A stretch of DNA of 64,000 bases from an uncultured Acidobacteriota bacterium (GTDB taxonomy: Bacteria; Acidobacteriota; Vicinamibacteria; Fen-336), in NCBI GenBank assembly GCA_963744315.1, contig CAVUTB010000005.1:267899-331898 (forward strand), written 5' to 3'. Under the pieces are notes generated by a model. It made no database searches. It was not told the origin of the DNA and saw only the letters and a list, made by a program, of their open reading frames with translations. A program made the translations under genes and the position numbers. This document shows positions 57,540 through 64,000 of this stretch, piece by piece; positions within the stretch are counted from its first letter, which is position 1, and every line of letters begins with the position of its first letter.

Positions 57540-57974
57540 CTAGCCGAGGAGCGCGCGCGGCGCGGCGCTCCTGGGCGTCCCGCCGAAGGTGGCCATGAGC
57601 GTGTGCTTGTCCCCTTCAGCCGGGTCGGGTCGGCCCTCGCCGGTCACGAGGAACTCGAGGTGTGCCTGGATGGCGGCGGCGCCAGCGTTGCCGTGGATGC
57701 GCGCCCGCTCGACGCCCCCTCGCCAGAACATCAGCGTCGGCACGCAGGTCAGGTGGTAGCGCGCGGCCAGCCAGCCCTGCGCTGCGTCCGAGACACGGAC
57801 GACCAGCACGCGGTCGTGGAATTCTCGTGCCAGCTTTTCGAGCACGGGGTGCAGGGCATCGCAGGGAGCGCAGGCGGGCGTCTCGAAGACCACCAGGGTG
57901 GGGTGCCCCGAAGCCAGGATGCGCTCGAGAACGGCGGCGCTCGCCTGGATCGGCGCATCGAAGGCGGCTCGCAT
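57540..57974 (-). CDS. Thioredoxin-fold protein (CAPC)
   Basis: LVVFETPACAPC, VPTLMFW; GGAGG RBS. Confidence 0.82.
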   Translation of the reverse strand: MRAAFDAPIQASAAVLERILASGHPTLVVFETPACAPCDALHPVLEKLAREFHDRVLVVRVSDAAQGWLAARYHLTCVPTLMFWRGGVERARIHGNAGAAAIQAHLEFLVTGEGRPDPAEGDKHTLMATFGGTPRSAAPRALLG

Positions 57975-58090
57975 CGCTCACCTCCCGTCGTTTGCAATAT
58001 AGGCCCGCGGAGCTACGGCGCCAGAGCCTTCCGTATCAGGCGCGCAAAAGCAAGGTGAAAAGAACATCGGATTCGTCACGTTGAGAGACA

Positions 58091-59264
58091 ATGGCGTCCG
58101 GCATGTTGAACCGGCGGGCCTGGACCCGAGCGGCGCTCGTCGTTGCGGTCGCGGGTGTCGTCGTTCTGCTCCGCGCGACGCTCTTCGCTCCCGAGGTGAT
58201 CCCCGTCCGGGTCGTCGCGGTCGAGAAAGGGCGCGTCGAGGAGACGGTCACCAACTCCCGGGCCGGGACGGTCAAGGCCCGGCGCCGGGCCAAGCTCGCG
58301 CCCGAGATCGGCGGCCGGGTGCTGTCGCTGCCGCGCCGACGCGGGGCGCGCGTGCGGCAGGGCGACCTGCTGCTGCGGGTGGACGACTCGCTCCAGCGGG
58401 CGCGGCTGCGGCTCGCCGAGGACGAGGAGAAGACGGCCGGCGCGCAGCGCGAGCAGGCGTGCCTGGTGGCCGAGCGGGCCGGCCGCGACCGCGAGCGCAC
58501 GCAGCGGCTCGCGAAGGACGGCCTCGTCGCCCACGACTGGGACGATCGCGTCGAGAGCGAGTCGCGCGCGGCCGAAGCCGCCTGCCGGGCCGCCGCCTCG
58601 GCGGTGGAGCGCGCGAGATCCGCGGTGGCCCTCTCGCGAGCCGAGCTCGACAAGACGGTGCTGCGGGCGCCCTTCGACGGCATCGTGGCCGACACCTTCA
58701 TCGAGGAGGGCGAGTGGACGGCCCCCTCGCCCCCGGCGCTGCCGATCCCGCCCGTGCTCGACCTGATCGACACGCGCTCGATCTACGTGAGCGCGCCGAT
58801 GGACGAGGTGGACTCGGGACGCGTCAAGAAGGGCCAGCCGGCGCGCGTCAGCGTGGACTCGCAGCCCGGAAAGCACTTCCCCGCCCGGGTCGTCGAGGTC
58901 GCGCCCTACGTGCTCGACCGCCTCGAGCAGAACCGCACGGTCGAGATCGAGGTCGAGCTCGACGACGCCGCGGTCGCAGCCGGACTGCTGCCGGGCACGT
59001 CCGCGGACGTCGAGGTGATCCTGAGCGCGCGCGACGACGTGCTGCGCGTGCCGACGCAGGCGCTGCTCGAGGGCGGCCGCGTGCTGGTGCTCGAGGGCGA
59101 CCGGCTCGTCGAGCGCGCAGCTCCAGGTCGGCCTGCGCAACTGGGACTTGACCGAGGTCGCGCGCGGGCTCGCGCGCCGGCGAGCGCGTCGTCGATCTCG
59201 CTCGACCGCCCCGAGGTCAAGGCCGGCGCGCGCGCCCGCGTCGGCGGAGGCCGACCGGCGCTAG
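58091..59264 (+). CDS. MacA-like periplasmic adaptor subunit; frameshifts near the 3' end
   Basis: TM anchor, LAPEIGGRV, LRAPFDGIV, LLPGTSADVEV. Confidence 0.9.
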
Positions 59265-59275
59265 CCGGTGCGCGG

Positions 59276-60006
59276 ATGATCCGGCTCTCGGGCATCTCGC
59301 GCAGCTACGACGTCGGCGGCGAGCCGGTCCACGCGCTCGTGGACGTGACCGAGCAGATCGCAGCCGGCGAGCACCTCGCGATCATGGGCCCGTCGGGCTC
59401 GGGCAAGTCGACGCTGCTGAACGTGCTCGGCTGCCTCGACCGGCCCGACCGCGGCAGCTACGAGCTCGACGGCCGCGACGTCGCGCGGCTCGACGAGGCC
59501 GAGCTCAGCCTGGTGCGCCGCCACACGATCGGCTTCGTCTTCCAGTTCTTCCACCTGGTGCCGCGGCTCAGCGCGCGCGAGAACGTCGAGCTGCCGATGG
59601 TCTTCGCCGGCATGCCGCCCGCCGAGCGGCGCGAGCGCGCGCGCGGCGCGGCTGCGCGCCGTGGGCCTCGAGCCGCGCGCCGACGCACCGGCCCGACCAG
59701 CTCTCGGGCGGCGAGCGCCAGCGCGTGGCGCTCGCGCGCGCGACGGTGCTCGAGCCGCAAGCTGCTGCTGGCCGACGAGCCGACCGGCAACCTCGACACC
59801 GCCTCGGGCCGCCACGTGCTCGAGCTGCTCGAGCAGATGAACGCGGCCGGCCTCACGCTGATCGTGGTGACCCACGACCCGGCGGTGGCGCGGCGCGCGC
59901 GAAGCGCGTGCTGGTGCTGAAGGACGGCCGCGTCGTCTACCGCGGCCCCGGCAGCCGGATCCACGAGGCGGTGGAGATCCTGTCCGCGGCGGAGAACGGC
60001 GCGTGA
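59276..60006 (+). CDS. ABC ATP-binding protein (MacB/LolD-type); frameshifts
   Basis: [32 protein letters not shown]. Confidence 0.92.
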
Positions 60007-61222
60007 GCTTCCTCGACCTCGCTCGCGCTTCGCGCTGCGCGCGCTGCGCGGCCATCGCCTGCGCACCGGCGCTCAGCCTGCTCGGCGTGGCGATCGGCGT
60101 CGCCGCGGTGGTGACGCTCACGGCGCTCGGCGAGGGCGCGCGCCGCTACGTGCTCGGCCAGTTCGCGGCCGTCGGCACGAACATGGTGATCGTGCTGCCC
60201 GGGCAAGACCGAGACCACGGGCGCCATGCCCGGCATTCGGCGGCGTGCCCGCACGACCTGACGCTCGACGACGCGCTGGCGGTCGCGCGCGGCGTGCGCG
60301 AGGTGGACAAGCTGGCGCCGATGGTGGTGGGCACCGAGACCGTGGCCTTCGGCGAGCGCCGCCGGCAGGTCGCGCTCTTCGGCTCGACGCACGAGGTGCT
60401 CGAGGTGCGGCGCCTGCGGCATCGCGCAGGGCCGCTTCCTGCCCCCGCTCGCCGTGGGACCGCGGCGCCGCCGGTCGCGGTGCTCGGCAGCAACAGCTGG
60501 CGCGGGAGCTCTTCCCGGCCGCGGATCCCGTCGGGCAGGTCGTGCGCGTCGGCGACTGGCGCATGCGCGTGATCGGCGTGCTCGAGCCGCGCGGCCAGCA
60601 GCTCGGGATCGACATGGACGACGTGGTGGTCGTGCCGGTCGCGACCGCCATGAAGATGCTCAACCGCTCGGGCCTGTTCCGGCTCGTGATCCAGGTGCGC
60701 AGCCACGCCGACCTCGAGCGCACGAAGGCAGGCCGTGCTGCGCGTGCTGAGCGAGCGCCACGGCGAGGAGGACGTCACCGTGATCACGCAGGACGCGGTC
60801 GTCTCCGCCTTCAGCTCGATCCTGCGGCGCGCTCACGCTGGCGCTCGGCGGGATCGCCGCCGTCTCGCTCGCGGTGGCCGGCGTCGGGATCATGAACGTG
60901 ATGCTGGTCTCGGTCTCCGAGCGCACGCGCGAGGTCGGCCTGCTGAAGGCGCTCGGCGCCGGCCGCGGCCAGATCCTGGCGGCGTTCCTGGCCGAGGCGG
61001 TGCTGATCTCGCTCGGCGGGCGGCCTGCTCGGCCTCGCGCTCGGCTGGGCTGCCGTGCTGGTGCTCGTCGCGGTCTACCCGGCGCTGCCCGCCTCGCCGC
61101 CGCCGCTGGGCCGTGGCCGCGCGCGTTCGCGCTCTCGGTGGCGGTGGGCGTCGTCTTCGGCGTGCTGCCGGCGCGCCGCGCCACGCGGCTCGACCCGGTG
61201 CGCGGCGCTCGCGGGGAGGTGA
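60003..61222 (+). CDS. MacB-type ABC permease; many frameshifts
   Basis: SLLGVAIGVAAVV, GVGIMNVMLVSVSERTREVGLLKALGA, PARRATRLDPV. Confidence 0.88.
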
Positions 61223-61225
61223 GCC

Positions 61226-62430
61226 GTGCGCGACCTGCTCCGCCTCGCGCTCGGCGCGCTCGCGCGCGCACCGCCTGCGCTCGTTCCTCTCGATGCTCGG
61301 GATCGCGATCGGCGTCGCCGCGGTGATCCTGCTGACCTCGATCGGCGAGGGCACGCGCGTCTACGTGCTGTCGCAGTTCACGCAGTTCGGGACCAACATC
61401 ATCGCCGTCAACCCCGGCAAGTCGAAGACGCTCGGCATCCCCGGCGTGCTCGGCGGCAGCCACGCGCAAGCTCACGATCGACGACGCCGAGGCGCTCGCG
61501 CGCATCCCCGGCGTCGAGACGATGGTGCCGGTGACGATGGGCCTCGCGCGCGTCGAGGCCGGCGAGCGCGGCGCGCAGCGTCTCCGTGCTCGGCGCGACG
61601 CCCGGACCTGCCGACGCTCTGGAAGTTCGGCGCGCGCCAGGGCTCGTTCTGGCCGAAGGGCGACCCGCGCCGCGGCGGCGCCGTGGCCGTGCTCGGCCCG
61701 AAGCTCGCGCGCGAGCTGTTCGGCGACAGCGAGCCCGCTCGGCGAGGTCGTGCGCATCGCCGGCCGGCGCTTCCGCGTGATCGGCGTGATGCAGCCCAAG
61801 GGCCAGATGATGGGCTTCGACGTCGACGACATCGCGATCGTGCCGGTGGCGAGCGCGCTGCCGCTCTTCAACCAGGACGAGCTGTTCGAGATCGACCTCA
61901 TCTACACGCACGTGGGCGAGACGGCGCGCGTCGCGGCCGAGGTGAGGCGCGTGCTGGCCGTGCGGCACGGCGAGGAGGACTTCACGGTCACGACGCAGGA
62001 GGCCATGCTCGACGTCTTCGGCAACGTGATGGACGTGATCACGATGGCGGTCGGGGCGATCGCCGGCGATCTCGCTGCTGGTCGGGCGCGACCGGGATCC
62101 TGACCATGATGTGGATCGCGGTCGGCGAGCGCGTCGGCGAGATCGGCCTGCTGCGCGCGCTCGGCGCGACCGCCGCGCAGGTGCAGACCGTGTTCCTGGC
62201 CGAGGCGGTGGCGCTCGCGACTCGCTCGGCGGCCTCGCCGGGATCGCGATCGGCCTCGGGCTGCGGCGCGCTGCTGCGGCTGGCGTGTCCCGGGCCTGCC
62301 GGTCGAGACGCCGATGCGCTTCGTGCTGGCGGGCCTCGCCGCCAGCTTCCTGACGGGGCTCGTGGCCGGCGTCGCCCCCGCCCGCCGCGCCGCTGCGCTC
62401 GACCCGATCGAGGCGCTGCGCGCCGAGTAG
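61226..62430 (+). CDS. MacB-type ABC permease; many frameshifts
   Basis: LSMLGIAIGVAAVILL, EEDFTV, ERVGEIGLLRALGA, PARRAAALDPIEALRAE. Confidence 0.88.
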
Positions 62431-62471
62431 CCGGGGCGCCCCGGAGCAACGGCCCCGGGGCGCCCGCGGAA

Positions 62472-64000
62472 TCAGCTCCCGATCTCGCCGCCGTCGTCCT
62501 TCGTGATCACGATGCAGGACGAGCGCGGCCGGCCGCCGTCGTCGTGGTCCGGCCACGAGCTGAACTGCTTCGGATTGCCGGGATCGTTGTTCCCCGAGCC
62601 AGGCTCACCCGGATGCTGGATGCCGACGAACATCGTCTTCTCGTCGGGCGTCACGAAGACGCCCGTGACCTCGCAGGCCTTCGGCCCCACCAGGAAGCGC
62701 CGCGTCTCGCCGGTCTTGGGATCCGCGCACAGCATCTGGTTGTTGCCGAAGCCGGCGTACGCCCCCGTGTTGATGGTGCTCGCCGAGACGTCCGTCTCGA
62801 TCCACAGCCGCCCGCTCGGCGCGACGTAGAGCCCGTCCGGCGAGCCGTACTTGTCGCCGACGATCGTCGAGCCGTGCGCCGGGTTCGCGCGGATCTCCGC
62901 CGAGCGCGAAGATCTCCCAGCCGAAGGTCGGCTCCGTGAAGTCGTTGCGGTAGAACCACTTCAGATAGCTGGCCGTAGGGGTTCGGCCCGCGCGGATTCG
63001 GCCCGCCGTCCGGCCCGGGATTCCCCGTGGTGCCGCGGCGGGTGTTGTTGGTGAGCGAGCCGATCGCCGTGAGCTCCTCCGGGAAGGTGTCGATCCACTC
63101 GGGCCGGTCCATCTTGGTGGCGCCCACCGCGTCGGCCGCGCCGCGCGTGTTGATCAGGATGTCGTTGAGCGTCCAGGTCTCGAGCCCCGGCGCGCCGGGC
63201 ACGAGCGGCAGCCACTCGCCGCTGCCGTCCGCCAGGAACTTGCCGACGTAGAGCACGCCGTCGTCGAGCGGGTTGATCCCCTGGCGCAGCGACTTGCGCC
63301 ACGGCAGCCGCGACACGTAGCGGTAGATGTACTCGAACACCTCGTCGTCGCCCATGTACACGACCACGCGCCCGTCGCGCGCCTCCTGCACCCAGGCCCC
63401 CTCGTGCTTCAGGCGTCCGAGCGCCGTGCGCTTGACCGGCCTCGACTTGCGATCCCAGGGATCGATCTCGACCACCCAGCCGAAGCGGTGCGCCTCGTTC
63501 GGCTCGAGGTCGGCGTTGAAGCGCGTGTCCGTCTCGTGCCACAGGTAGCCGGCGCCCGTCGCGGTGATGCCGTAGCGGACTTCGAGCGGCGTCCGCGTAC
63601 CGGTCTTCCGGAAGTAGCCGTTGAAGTTCTCCTCGCACGCGAGGTACGTGCCCCAGGGCGTGAAGCCCATCGCGCAGTTGTTGATCGTCCCGAGCACGCG
63701 CCGGCCGGTGGGGTCCGCGCTCGTCTTCAAGCGCTCGTCGCCAGCGGCCGGGCCGCCGATCCGGATCGGCGTGTAGCCCGTGATGCGGCGCGCGTACTTC
63801 GACGGCCGGACGACGCGCCACTCGCCGCCGCCCGCGCCCCAGCGGCACCATTTCCCGTACTCGTCCCAGTCGTGCCGCTTGCCGCGCAGCTTCACGATCT
63901 CGATGATCGCCACCCCGTGAGCCGCCTGTGACTTCTTCGTCTTCTCGGCGTCCCAGTTCTGCGTGCCGTCCGTGAACAGCAGGCCGTCGTCGCTGTATTC
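62472..64000 (-). CDS. phoX: PhoX-family alkaline phosphatase (5' end outside the window); frameshifts near 62900-62960
   Basis: GTINNCAMGFTPWGTYLACEENF, FGWVVEIDP, LGRLKHE, YMGDD, GATKMDRPEW, CEVTG, FVGIQHPGE. Confidence 0.93.

Noticed and set aside
58091-59920. MacA-ATPase fusion (609 aa)
   Set aside because: Frameshift read-through; a TAG at 59262-59264 and ATG at 59276 define separate genes
62431-62469. GC palindromes (CCGGGGCGCCCCGG) between convergent genes
   Set aside because: Pure-GC palindromes are common at this composition and there is no U-tract

Overview
GC-rich (roughly 70%+ by eye), gene-dense bacterial chromosomal window; the gene content (tandem Hanks kinases, many exported proteins, sigma54/ECF42 promoters) is compatible with a diderm such as an Acidobacteriota member (inference only). 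At least half of the longer genes are split by 1-bp frameshifts, including core genes, which points to long-read indel errors rather than pseudogenes. About 53 CDS were reconstructed: exported/osmotic-stress genes with an unusual 8x32-aa Cys-repeat protein; an NhaR-like LysR gene divergent from an HPF-like gene and a ~2,700-aa cyclic beta-1,2-glucan synthase; an ECF42-type sigma module; citrate synthase; a TetR-HlyD-ABC-TolC efflux operon; MscS; pgi; two Ser/Thr kinases; an 8-heme cytochrome-TPR protein; ApbE; two FtsX/MacB-type ABC systems; a two-component system; a GH2 and PhoX. No rRNA, tRNA, CRISPR array or transposase was seen. The best candidate for an undescribed system is at 18.1-23.9 kb: a putatively exported Fam20C/PI4K-like atypical kinase, an exported Shewanella-like phosphatase and a ROK kinase, divergently paired with an NTT(TLC)-HEAT nucleotide translocase. 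This suggests a writer/eraser/ATP-supply module for extracytoplasmic phosphorylation. A highly structured non-coding segment at 47.05-47.4 kb also deserves attention.
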